This document shows, one piece after another, positions 12,401-24,895 of a stretch of 64,000 nucleotides of DNA (positions within the stretch are counted from its first letter, which is position 1; every line of letters begins with the position of its first letter). Under the pieces are notes generated by a model. The model saw nothing but the letters and a program-made list of their open reading frames with translations. It searched no databases and had not been told where the DNA came from. This DNA is from Mizuhopecten yessoensis. Its lineage: Eukaryota. Location: contig NW_018405386.1 in assembly GCF_002113885.1 (NCBI RefSeq), positions 1,549,744-1,613,743 of the forward strand, in the 5' to 3' direction. The position numbers were made by a program, and so were the translations under genes.

Positions 12401-15400
12401 GACAAAAGCTACCTGTCACACCTGTATATCGAGGTAAGACTAATGAAACAATTAAATGAAATAGTAATGTTTATTTCATGTTAAATTTTATCAAATAAAA
12501 ATGCATCAAATAACAATTAACTATCTAGAGACCTTCATTGTCAAACGTTAATGCATAACGTTCTTTTTTATGATATTTTTTTTATAACACAAAGATAGTC
12601 GTTACAACATTTTGCGACCTTTGAAATACGTCTGTTTCCTTTGTCAAGCAAAGAGTCACATGACCAATGTCTTGACTCTAACCTGCTGGAACTAACTCAT
12701 TAAGCCACAATGTGCCGAGTCAGTAACGTCAGCTGACATTTCGTCCGAATAACACCCTTGTACTGCAGACAGTCGGAGGGCCGAGTGATATGTTTATCCA
12801 TTCAGCCCCCTTATGTTATTTTGTATTATTTTACAGGTACAGTGATACATCACTACAGATTGACAATGTCACCAAGACACCAAAAACCAGCGATGTAAAC
12901 ATATCTACATTTGCTAATACCTTTCCAAACATCAATGGCGATAGTCTATCAGCAGTACGCGGTATAACCGAACCAACCATTGGTAGCGAAATACCACCCA
13001 GCAGTTCAACGAAAACGAGCAAAAACATAAACATACCGCTCAAAAGTAGTAGTAGCGATAGCTTACCAACCGTCAGTGATACTGTAATACCAACCACCAG
13101 TAGTAATAGTATACCATCTACCACTAGTGATAGTTTACCAACCACCAGTGATACTGTAATACCAACCACCAGTAGTAATAGCATACCATCTACCACTAGT
13201 GATAGTTTACCAACCGCCAGCGATACTGTAGTACCAACCACCAGTAGTAATAGCATACCATCTACCACTAGTGATAGTTTACCAACCGCCAGCGATATCG
13301 GAACACCAACTACCAGAAATGATATCTTACCAATCATCACTGAAACTGTAACGCTAACAACCACTGATAATGGCATACCAACCACCAGTAAAATAGCATC
13401 ACTAACCACAAGTATTCATAACCTACCAACAATCCCTGATATTGAAACATCAACAACAAGTAGTAATTCCATGACAACCATCAGTGATATTGTAAACCTA
13501 ACCACCAGTGATATAAATGAAAACACTAGAATTGGTAATAACATACCAACCACACATGATATAAAAACAATGCCGACCAAACAGGGTAGTTCGTTACGAA
13601 TTATAAGTAATACAACGACACCAGCCGACAGTAGCATTAAGATACCTCCCAAACACAATAGTACGTTACCAACTACAGGTAAATCAACCACCCCAGCCGA
13701 CAGTAGCATTAAGATACCTACCAAACACAGTGGTACGTTACCGACTACAGGTAAATCAACCACACCAGCCGACAGGAGCATTAAGATAACTACCAAACAC
13801 AGTGGTACGATACCAATTACAGGTAAATCAACCACACCAGCCGACAGTAGCATTAAGATACCTACCAAACACGGTAGTGCGTTACCAACTACAGGTAAAT
13901 CAACCACACCAGCCGACAGACGCATAAAGATGCCTACCAAACACAGTGGTACGTTACCAGCCATAGGTAAATCAACCACACCAGCCGACAGTAGCATAAA
14001 GATACCTACCAAACAGGGTAATATCACACCAACCAGCAGTCGTAACACATTAACAACAATCCGTGATAATAACATGATAACCATCACTGGTAATATCACA
14101 CCAACACTCACTAATGATAACAAACCAACCATCAGCGTAAATAACAGGCCGGCCATCGGAGGAAATGACATTCCAACTATAAGTGGTGATAATATACCAA
14201 CCACCATTGGCGATAACATACCATCAATTAGTGGTAATAGCCAACCGACCGTCAGGGGTGATAAACTAACCATCACCAGTGGTGATAATATACCAACCAT
14301 CAGTAGTGATAACATACCAACAATCAGTCGGGATAACATAACCGTTAGTGGTGATAACATACCAACCGTCAGTAGCGATAGAATATCAACGGTCAGTAGT
14401 GATATTATAACACCAATAATTGGTGATAACATACCAACCATTAGTGGTGATAACAAACAAACCTCCAGGGATGATAAAATACCAACAACCAATGGTGGAA
14501 ACATACTAACTACCATTGGTGATAACATACCAAGCAGCAGTGGAGATAGCATACCAACAACCAGAGGTGATACCATACTAACTACCATTGGTGATAACAT
14601 ACTAACTACCATTGGTGATAACATACCAAGCATCAGTGGAGATAGCATACCAACAACCAGAGGTGATACCATACCAACAACCAATGGTGAAAACATACTA
14701 ACTACCATTGGTGATAACAAACCAAGCATCAGTGGAGATGACATACCAACAACCAGAGGTGATACCATACTAACTACCATTGGTGATAACATACCAAGCA
14801 TCAGTGGAGATAGCATACCAACAACCAGAGGTGATACCATACTAACTACCATTGGTGATAACATACCAAGCAGAAGTGGAGATAGCATACCAACAACCAG
14901 AGGTGATACCATACCAACAACCAGTGGTGAAAACATACTAGCTACCATTGGTGATAACATACCAAGCATCAGTGGAGATAGCATACCAACAACCAGAGGT
15001 GATACCATATCAACAACCAATGGTGAAAACATACTAACTACCATTGGTGATAACAAACCAAGCATCAATGGAGATGACATACCAACAACCAGAGGTGATA
15101 CCATATTAACTACCATTGGTGATAACATACCAAGCATCAGTGGAGATAACATACCAACAACCAGAGGTGTTAACATACCAACAACCAATGGTGGAAACAT
15201 ACTAACTACCATTGGTGATAACAAACCAAGCATCAGTGGAGATGACATACCACCAACCAGTCGTGATAACATACCAACTACCTTTGGTGGTACCATACAA
15301 ACCATCGGAGGGGATAGCATACCAACCGTCAGTGGCATTGACATATCAACCATCAGTGGTAATGGCATACCAACTATCAGTGCAAATAACATACCAACCA

Positions 15401-18400
15401 TCAATGATACAAAAATACCACCCATAAGCGGTGATAACAAGCCAACAGGTAGTGAAAATAAGATACAAACCGTCAGTGGTGATAACATACCAACAATCAG
15501 TGGTAATATCATACCGACCATCAGTGGTAATAGCCTACCGACCATCAGTGGTAATATCATACCGACCATCAGTGGTAATAGCCTACCGACCATCAGTGGT
15601 AATAACAAACACACCATTAGTGATAATAACATACCGACCTACAGTGATAATAACATACACACCTACAGTGATAATAACATACCAACAGTCAAGGATATTA
15701 AAATGTCTAAAATCCCTAGTAATAACGTTAAAACAATCAGTGCTCATAACATTCCAAAAATGAGGGAAAACACGCTTCAAAGAATTATTAACAGGCCAAT
15801 CATGAGTAGTAACAACAGACCAGTTCACAATATCAATATTATATTACCTTTTAGCCGTAATAACCTTTCAGATAGACAAACCAACGATAAGAACAATGTA
15901 CCGATTTCTCCTGGTAGTCGGGAACTAGCCATGAGTGGAAATGAACTGGCAGAAGAGAATATAGTCAAGATAGAAAGCAGCAGTTTAATCAAGGTATCAA
16001 CTGTTGTTAATCTTATTGAAAATACAGCAAAGAACAGTGGCCTAGTAATTCTAAATACCAGTGGTTTTAACCGAAAAGATATTAATGATACTACACAACT
16101 AATTAACACGGTTACTGAACATACAAATACCAGTGGTTTTAACCGAAAAGATATTAATGATACTACACAACTAATTAACACGGTTACTGAACATACAAAT
16201 ACCAGTGGTTTTAACCGAAAAGATATTAATGATACTACACAACTAATTAACACGGTTACTGAACATACAAATACCAGTGGTTTTAACCGAAAAGATATTA
16301 ATGATACTACACAACTAATTAACACGGTTACTGAACATACAAATACCAGTGGTTTTAACCGAAAAGATATTAATGATACTACACAACTAATTAACACGGT
16401 TACTGAACATACAAATACCAGTGGTTTTAACCGAAAAGATATTAATGATACTACACAACTAATTAACACGGTTACTGAACATACAAATACCAGTGATGTT
16501 AACATAACAACTAGTGAGGAAATTGACCAATTGCTTACAGAGATAGAATCTCAAAGTCTGCTGGGTACTGGTATTTCTCTTACAAATGTAGTGCAGTCGC
16601 CGCTTACAAAACTGGTTGGGAAAACCGTTCCAAATATTGTTAGTAAAATCGTTCCAACCCGTGATGTTAACATAACAACTAGTGACGAAATTGACAAATT
16701 GCTTACAGAGATAGAATCTCAAAATCTGCTGGGTACTGGTATTGCTCTTACAAATGTAGTGCAGTCGCCGCTTACAGAACTGGTTGGGAAAACCGTTCCA
16801 AAGATTGTTAGTAAAGTCGTTCCAAACATTGTTAGTAAAGTCGTTCCAAATATTTTTAGTAAAATAGATAGTAACATTGAACCGTTGTTCAAAGAGACGC
16901 TTCCAAAGGTTGGAAAGGCGATTGGGAAAAATGTGGAAACCTTCTTTAGCAGTACACTTCCAAAGGTCCGTGTTGGAGAACCTCTTGAAAAAGTAGTTAC
17001 TAAAACACTCCCTGAGGCTTCAAAAGGATTCGGAAAACATCTTGATACGTTCGTTTCCAAGTTACTCCCAGATACTGCAAAGTTAATCGGCAGCAATGTT
17101 AAATCTTTCCTTGATACGAAGACTTTCCGTTTACCTAAGAATGTTGGAAGTTATCTTGAAACATTTTTCACTGAGACTATCCCTAAGGCTGGTAGAAGTG
17201 TTGGAGGCCATTTGGAGACATTTATCACGAAGACGATTCCAGGTAATCTCCTTGCTTTTTTTCTAACCTCTTATAATTAATGATAATGAGTCGTTTATAT
17301 TCCATATTGTTATCACTTTCTTTCCTGATTGATTAATTTTGGAAACATATGAAATGGCAGAAAAACAACATCGAAATGAAATTAAAGTGCACGGAAAACA
17401 TAGTCTGGTCGTTGGAAGTATCGCTATTTTTTGCATGTAAGCAAACAAAAGGTAAAAGCGCAATTTTGGACAATTTAATTTGGCAAATATTTAAGATAGC
17501 ACTCCTCCTTGTCAAAAATCAAACTTCTTACGACAAATGGAAGCGAGAAAAGCCTACAAAATCACTATTTTGCCATTATAAATATTTTCACTCGCTATAC
17601 TCGTTATTAGGAAAACGCTTCGTGTGGCTCATACACATTGGTAAGTAAAAGAACCAGTGGTGAAAAAGATAATCCATAATTAATATCTATAGTAATTTTA
17701 TTCAGCATACATGCGGTGCGCATAAATATCATGTTTGGCAAAAACAAATTATGATGGTGATATTGTTAGTATTCACCTAAATGCTGTCGAAGTTTGACAT
17801 TGAATTGTTTCAATGTTTTGGATTTAGGATGAACACTCAATAATCAAAGGTTAAGATAGTATCATAGTTGTACCTTTTCGAATAATGACAAAATAGTGAC
17901 TGGGATTCTACTCTATGCTACTTCAGCGAACTGCAAATTGCATTTTGCAATTGTATTAAAAATTGGAAAAAGACATTTTTTCTTATGTTTTCTTATATTA
18001 TCAACAATTATGTATTTTTCAAAATACACAGTTTTGGCATGTACCGAATGGATATATTCACACGCTACTACGAGTACAAGCCTAATGTTGTTGCCGAATA
18101 TTTACCATATGTGGGTGGTTATTGTATTTTTCCTGTATTATTGTGTTATTATTTACGTTTTGATAAATGTTTAGGGATTGACCCGAATAAAAAGACATAT
18201 GATTTCGTACGCTTCGCTGAATTATTTCTTTTCTTATAAACATGGGTATAGCTATTACTCAGAAGATCTTTAGTTTCCTTTCAAGATGCGTCTTGCTGAC
18301 TACTTTCATTTATGATCATTTATTATTAGAAAATGCAATTAATTAGCTATTTAATGTTTTGTATATTGTTCCTTTTGTCTAGTCAGAAAAGTATGTCTTG

Positions 18401-21388
18401 ACTAATAGTTAAAAATCATGTTGATTTGATGTTTGACATTGACCTGGTGTAGATCCCCGGACCCGCCAATGTTGGGGAGCCTGAAGTTGGTTCCTAGTTC
18501 CTAGTTCCTAATAACTAGACCCTAGTTCCGTTTAAGGTAAACGGAACTAGGAACCAGACCCTAGTTCCGTTTAACATAAACGGAACTGGGAACCAGACCC
18601 TAGTTCCGTTTAACATGTGCAAGTTAATATAAAACATGTACACATAATCAAGATATATGATATGCAAGGAAGCACCGTTTACAATTCACCGCGTAGAGCT
18701 ATGACATTTTATGTGTTTGTAGGTGTGTTTGGCCGCAGACGAAGACGACAGATTTCGCAGTGTATATCATGTGACGAAATCAACAACATGACTGTCACGG
18801 AACGCAAACATGCTGGTGGGTTTTACAGAAAGCTTTACTTGTATATCAGCTAACAGCTTGTTAGGAGTTTATCTAATATTATTTTAAAACACCAGTGTTA
18901 GAAGCATCCTTTCAGTATTTTTCAATTACTTTTAAGACTAATTTTATTATGAACAGTTAAAAGTAAATCAATCTTTTATTTGTACGGAAAGCTTACAATG
19001 CTGAATGGGAAAGCTACTAACCGCTACATCCTTATATTAACATAAGTTGTCGATGTCAATCTAGTTACACAGTAACCACAAAGAATGAGACCATTGTCTT
19101 CAATATAAGTAAGTTAAACTGCAAGATAAATGTCATTACCTGTGGTTTTTAGTATAGATCATTGAAGTATGAGAAATTTCATCCCTATTTTCTTGTAATA
19201 AACATCGTATATCATATTTTATTTTCATTTTAGTGTGTTGTATTTAATCTCATTATGTATTCTTATTAAGCAAACAGATTACTACATCATCGTTTTTTAA
19301 ATGTTTTACAATCGTTCTGTTATAAGTAATAAGTATGTTAGTTTTAGTCATTATTCAATTGATTCAACAAAACATGTCATTTCCGAGGAAAAGTGTGTTA
19401 TAGAGTTTAATTATTCACCACATTGGCCACATATAACATTACCACGCCATAACGATATTGTCAAGTTCAAAACTGCCTTTCCTCAGCGAGCGATTAATCA
19501 TTTTCGTTTCTGTGGATACTTCGCCACTTTTCTATTGTAAATAGGCATTTGAAAGTACTTTTTCTGTTCTATGTTAAATACAAAGAAAATTATAGGTTGA
19601 AGGCATTTTAGGGAGTCAAAACATAATGAACTACTTGCCAAGATCATAATGCTGCAGGAAAAATATCGAAAATATATTTTCGCCGGTAGCACAATGGATA
19701 CGTTCCGTTCATTTTAATCAAGAGGTCCGCGGATCGATTCCCTGTAGTGGATACGTGTTTTGTAAGAAAGGTTATTTATTTTTCACATATTTCTTTCGTA
19801 AATATCCCTTTGCTTTACAATAAATAAACAAGCAATTCGAAATAAGAATATTTCCAAACAAATTGTGTTTTTTCCTCGTAAGAGAAACGAATCCGACCAC
19901 CATGATTTCTAACCTTCACATGCTTGCTTAACGTTTCCAAAAACGTTACATATTTTACAGACTCCTTTTATATTCATCTATATTTCAGTGTGTGGAGTTG
20001 ATCCGGCCAAACAGTTTGAAAAGATGGTAAAACTAGGCAATCAGATCTTTCTAAATAGAAAACCCATCATAACAGAAGTAAGTAAAGCATAATCATGAAT
20101 TTATATTAATTTATCAAAATTCATACTAATGTATTGGTAAAAAAATCTCTAATACTAATTATAAGATAAGAAGACTTACTGTCAGAGGTTCATAACCAAA
20201 TGTAATCAAATAATAAATTATTTATATATCAAAAACCGGTTTTATGAAATATTTCATAGATACATTTCATAATAGAGATCAGCCAATGTGTTCCCTTCAT
20301 TAATGGCAAAGAAGCTTTGTGCCTTTCATTAGATTTAAACATATGTAACAAAACAAATTATAATTCACGAAGTAAGTTTTCGGTTCCTTTAAGCGTTAAT
20401 TTTGTAATACGTTTGAACGGATATAAAAAGTGAGTAATCTCATTAGTTAAGATACGTTTCAAAACGACACTCATATTGGCTATAAGCTAACCAGCCACGC
20501 GTGGATTTCTTTGTGTAGTACAGGATATCCTATATTCAAATTTCATGGTTGTCAGCTCCTACTTTTACTAGACGTATATAGTCAATATATACATCTGAAA
20601 TAATACCTAAATAAGATTTATCATTTGGGAATATATGATGTCAAAGTTTTACTTTATATACAAATAATGTACAATGACCGACTGGTCCCTTTGTTAAGCC
20701 AACAAATTGACCAGTCGGTCTTGAAACGTTTAATACGTACATTGTTTGTGTATATAGTAAACAATTGACAATACATTTAAAAATATTCCGTTAATTCAAT
20801 GGGCCACATAAATAACAGGTTATGGCGGTTCGACTGATGCAGCTAAGAAAACCAAGATTTTATTAATACAAGAAACGATACTTTCTGCTTTAAAGTCATT
20901 AATGTTTGTTCCACAAACAAGAGACTAACTAACCTTATTGTTTATATATCACTATCAATCATTACAATTCATAATGTTTTCTAAGAATTATTCAAATGCG
21001 TTAAGCATTTCAATGTAACCGCTTGATCAAGTGCCTGAAAAAATACATGGCAAATGTGTAAATGCTAGGTTTCATATTTGTAAACATGCATAACAAAAGT
21101 ATATTTCCATGAAAATGTGAGATGACGTCAATATATGAGAATATACGTAACAAATAATCACTTCTATTTAACCGCTAGGTGACGTACAATAGAGCGGACG
21201 TGACACGCTTAATTAGGAAAGGGGTTGTCACAGTACCGTCCTTTATGGTAACATACAACGTTGGAGGTTTCACCAAAACGCAACAGATAAATAGGACTCT
21301 GGACCTGCTGAGTTCCAACCAGGATATAGGAGAAGACCTTGCCACGGAAATATGGAATTTATTCTTCACCACAAACATGCCTATCTGA
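9439..21388 (+). CDS. Paralog B: same family, with a giant Thr/Ser/Pro/Asp-rich mucin-like expansion in exon 3 (about 1676 aa)
   Basis: join(9439..9517,12280..12433,12837..17242,18723..18815,19989..20077,21179..21388), 5031 nt in frame. Exon 1 (79 nt) and exon 2 (154 nt) match paralog A in size. Signal MVIMFLLLWVSVLLLNCFGSA; CETKVNETKATCHTC; GVFGRRRRRQISQCISCD; VCG..PIITE; ..IGEDLATEIWNLFF. AATAAA at 21506. Confidence 0.88.
11112..12030. repeat. About 320-bp direct duplication followed by an about 60-bp degenerate tandem repeat in intron 1 of paralog B
   Basis: CTGCGACA..AACTTTGTTGCTTCCGGCATT..GGATACCAATACTC at about 11112 and 11434; then repeated CAGATCAACAATGCTCATATTTAGATCAGAAATAATC. Confidence 0.85.
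16054..16485 (+). repeat. Six perfect 72-nt coding repeats (NTSGFNRKDINDTTQLINTVTEHT) in paralog B exon 3
   Basis: AATACCAGTGGTTTTAACCG.. at 16054, 16126 and onward with period 72. Confidence 0.95.
18518..18616. repeat. 39-bp tandem repeat of a palindromic unit (2.5 copies)
   Basis: GACCCTAGTTCCGTTTA-agg-TAAACGGAACTAGGAACCA; units start at 18518, 18557 and 18596. Confidence 0.9.
19682..19755 (+). mobile_element. Possible tRNA-derived SINE head or tRNA-like remnant
   Basis: Pol III A-box-like TAGCACAATGG (19687-19697) and B-box-like GGATCGATTCC (19731-19741); no convincing cloverleaf. Confidence 0.4.
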
Positions 21389-22199
21389 TTGTCATTGGAT
21401 TAGGATTTAGGAGAGGAACTGGCTAAAGAAACATGGACATTTTTTTGCCACAAAAACGTCTATGTGATTTTCATTCGATACAAGCAAATTAAACTTAGTC
21501 ATGTCAATAAAATTTATATTCTGCCTTTTCAGACCATATATGGTATGATGGTTAAGCAAAATTAAATTTAGTTGATATCCAACTGCTTACTTATCTTATA
21601 TAATGACGTGAATGCAATGTTCGATTATCTGATTATTTTCATATTATTACATAATTTAATGCATATTAGATATTTAACATTATCTGAGCGTTAAATAATT
21701 AGTGTATAGCCGGGTATAGTATTAGTATTAGGGGTAACATACATTTAATTGACAACATTTCTACTGAAAGGAACACAGACACATTCTTAAGCACATCATT
21801 GTATTTAGATAAGGGGATACGAGAGTTCGGTACGGGAGGAGTACCACAGAGGAATGAATATCGGAAATCTAATTTCCTTTTACTTTATATCTCCTTCATT
21901 TTTAACGTTATTTCTAGTGTAAACATATGTTTACATAATGTTGGTGGCTTTACATAAATACTCGATGACTTCTCAAGAGAAGTCATTTAACTTTCTACGT
22001 AGTGTAATTTAACAACATCTTCCATTTTATTGTCAAGGTGTCTCGTCAACAACTGACAATATTTAAGTTTCGAACGAATTTTCGTAAGATCAGATTTTAA
22101 ATACATACTAAAGCAGGATTTAGATTTGTAAAGCTTTTAAGTGATAACCTAATGTACAAGCACCTTTATGATGCTGGAGGATTATTGATTGAGATACTT

Positions 22200-22620
22200 C
22201 TGTTAGTAGATAAAGGCGTAAGAAATTGAGGACATGTAAAATGTTTAAGCTGGGGTATGAAACCGAAAGTTATTCTAACTTAAGTCTAATATCATATCAC
22301 AGAAAGCAAAGCTTTTGTTCTGAGAGAGCCCATTAAAGTTGGATATAGGAGAATACGAGATGATAAATGTTGAAGACAGAAAGTGCAATTATGTGTTACC
22401 GCCAATTCGTGGAGGACGAAACACATGCTTATTAATTTATCGACAATATCAGGATATCCAAGATGAGTTAAGTAAATCTATACTCAGTTTCTATTCAGAT
22501 GTTTATGATTTTTTATATCTGTAAATTGTGTGTGTGTATGTGTGGTTTGGTAGTCCAGTTATATTACCATAAGGGAAATGTTGTCAAAATATTCTAACAC
22601 ATATTATTACAAACTTTAAA
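22200..22620 (+). mobile_element. Degenerate 3' fragment of a non-LTR retrotransposon ORF2 (CR1/L2-like)
   Basis: Frameshifted translation KLRTCKMFKLGYETESY..PLKLDIGEY..EDRKC..VEDETH..YQDIQ resembles the KLRTY..PL.IETGRY..R.C..VEDE.H..Y.D.R tail of CR1/L2-type ORF2. Confidence 0.55.
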
Positions 22621-22639
22621 CATGTGAGAAAGTTTACTA

Positions 22640-23120
22640 TATGATGTTTAGTAAATATATACTGATTAATATGATAGATACCAATCATGTACTGACAAAA
22701 TATGATAATTACAAAATATGTACTGAGAAATATTATATATTATTATATAAATATGATGATTATCAAGTGTTCACTGAAGAATATGATGATTTTCAGGCAT
22801 GTACTGAAAAATATGATGATTATCAGGCATGTACTGAGAAATATGATATTATCAGGCATGTACTGAGAAATATGATGATTATCAGGCATGTACTGAAAAA
22901 TATGATATGATAAGGTGTGTACTGAAAAAACAATAATGATAATTACCAAGTGCGTACTGTATATGATAATCACCAAGGATGTACTGTCAATATGATAATT
23001 ACCGAGTATGTATTGTAAATAATAATCTCTAATTATAACATGTATACAATAAAAACCAAGAAAGTATTTCAATGCGTGATAATTACAAAGTATTTTCTCT
23101 AATATATAATAATTACTAAG
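22640..23120. repeat. Degenerate about 30-bp tandem repeat
   Basis: TATGATGATTATCAGGCATGTACTGARAAA units. Confidence 0.8.
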
Positions 23121-23745
23121 CATGTACGCTAATATTTGTTAATTAAAAGTAATATATTAAATAAACAATAATGAACAATTTTGTACTTTATAATTATGTT
23201 AAACAGGCCATCGTAATTAATTTAAATATTATCTGTTGATTCTTTTTCTTGTGCTCTATGTACTTGTGTAACTTTCATTTATGTTTGAAAGGTGAGAATT
23301 AAATAAAATATCTTAAATAAATACAAATTGTTACTAGTTTTAAAACAGAAAATCAATTTGATATTATAATCACGTGTCATGCAATTGACAAGTTAATTAC
23401 GTTCCTTGACACATTAATAGATCACAAACAAATAGCCGAGGTTTTGTTGTCACGTTATCATTCTTACCCTAAGTCATGACAGGATAAATTAATGTTTACT
23501 TCAGTTGCACCTGTTGTTTTTTAAATCTATTTACATATTTGCCTTAGTAAAATATATCATGTTGACTTGATCAAAGCTTAGAGATAATTGACAAATTAAT
23601 AAAATATTTGGTAATTAACGAGAGCGGTGACACCCCGCTCAAATTCTGCACTGGCCTCATGGATCGTCCGAGAAAACTTTAGAAATAATACACAATATTA
23701 TAATTACGTTGATTTGAACCATGAAGCATTTCAGCATATAATTAT

Positions 23746-24185
23746 TTGGTTTGGTTTGGTTTAGTATTGTTTAACGTCCTATTTACAGCTATGGTCATTT
23801 AAGGACGGCCTCCCTTGTGTGCAAGGTGCATGCGTGTAGTGTATGCGTGTGTGTTTTGGGAGGCTGCGATATGTTCGTGTTTGTCTCCTTGTGATAGCGC
23901 GGAAATGATGCCGACTTTCTAATGCTACCTCACTGAAACATACTACCGAAGACACCCAGCAGGACACCCCACCCGGTCACACTATACTGACAACGGGCGA
24001 ACCAGTCATCCCACTCCTAAATTGCTCAACTAAAGGCCAAAAGTGAGGCATTGTCAAGGGAGACATAAGGAAAAAGAAAGTTGTTTAGAAAGAAGGAAAA
24101 AAGATAAGATCCCAAATTTAGTCGCCTCTTACGATCATGCAATGGGTGCAGCAGTTACAATTATTACGCCCTATCTGCAGGGAAG
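23746..24185 (-). mobile_element. SINE-like interspersed repeat with (AAACC)n tail; related 3' ends at about 5266-5330 (-), 45192-45258 (+) and 49960-50085 (-)
   Basis: Variants of TTTAACGTCCTATTWACAGCTAWGGTCATTTAAGGACG next to a short-repeat tail occur four times in the window. The body (TGTGACCGGGTGGGGTGTC..TTCAGTGAGGTAGCA on -) resembles mollusc SINE central domains from memory; not verified. Confidence 0.65.
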
Positions 24186-24374
24186 CATATAATTAAATCA
24201 CAGATATAATCTTCTAACAGATATTAGAACAATCATATATGGTCACACTATACTGTTCAGCCATCTGTAATGAACGACACGTACTTCTTTTGTATTTATT
24301 TCTGGTTTTATATTTCCGTATTATCTAAGTAAAGATGAAGGCTGCATGTTTGGCTGTTCAAAGTGTATTGGGTG

Positions 24375-24895
24375 GGAATGTGGCCACTCATGGTGTAGGA
24401 GGTGTCAAAGTTGCCACGCAAGGTGTCCGAGCGAGGGGTCGATGTGGTTATTCAAGGTGTGTGGTGAGTGCCAATCGCGTCCATTCAAGCTATTAGGAAA
24501 ACATATGTGGATATGTCGGTTGATCACTCAATGTGTGTTATTTGCGTTTGGCCACTCAATGGGTGAGTCTTGTGGCCTGAAATCCACTCTCAAACCTTTT
24601 GAGGCCACAACGCCACCCTCACACAATGAGTGGCCACATCACCACCTTTTCATCCAGTGGCCAGAATGCACCCTCGCAACTGGAGAGATTACATCACCCC
24701 CAAACCTTGAGTGGCAACAATGCCAGCCACACACAATGGATGTCCACATCGCCACCTTCACACCTTGAGTGGCCACAATGCACCCTCGCCACTGAAACGA
24801 TCACATCACAACCTCCACACATTGAGTGGCCACAATGTCACCCTCACATAAGGATTGGCCACATCGCCACCTCCACACCTTGAGTGGCCGAAATG
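24375..24895. repeat. Degenerate repeat rich in GTGGCCAC / CCACATCGCCACCT with inverted halves, related to the array at 38870-39290
   Basis: Left part TGGCCACTCA..GGTG mirrors right part CACACCTTGAGTGGCCACA; CCACATCGCCACCT is shared with 38891 and 39008. Confidence 0.6.

Noticed and set aside
12790-12836. ATG at 12790 as the start of a single-exon 1496-aa protein
   Set aside because: These bases are the acceptor region of intron 2; upstream exons homologous to the other paralogs supply the signal peptide.
16470-16500. In-frame CAG at 16491-16493 as an alternative acceptor skipping the mucin-like block
   Set aside because: Phase fits but there is no polypyrimidine tract, while the acceptor at 12836 is strong; only RNA-seq could rescue it.
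13416-16505. Long minus-strand ORFs (738 aa, 226 aa, also 12831-13409) rich in Leu/Met/Val
   Set aside because: Antisense shadows of the Thr/Ile/Asn-rich repeats of paralog B; no splice or promoter support.
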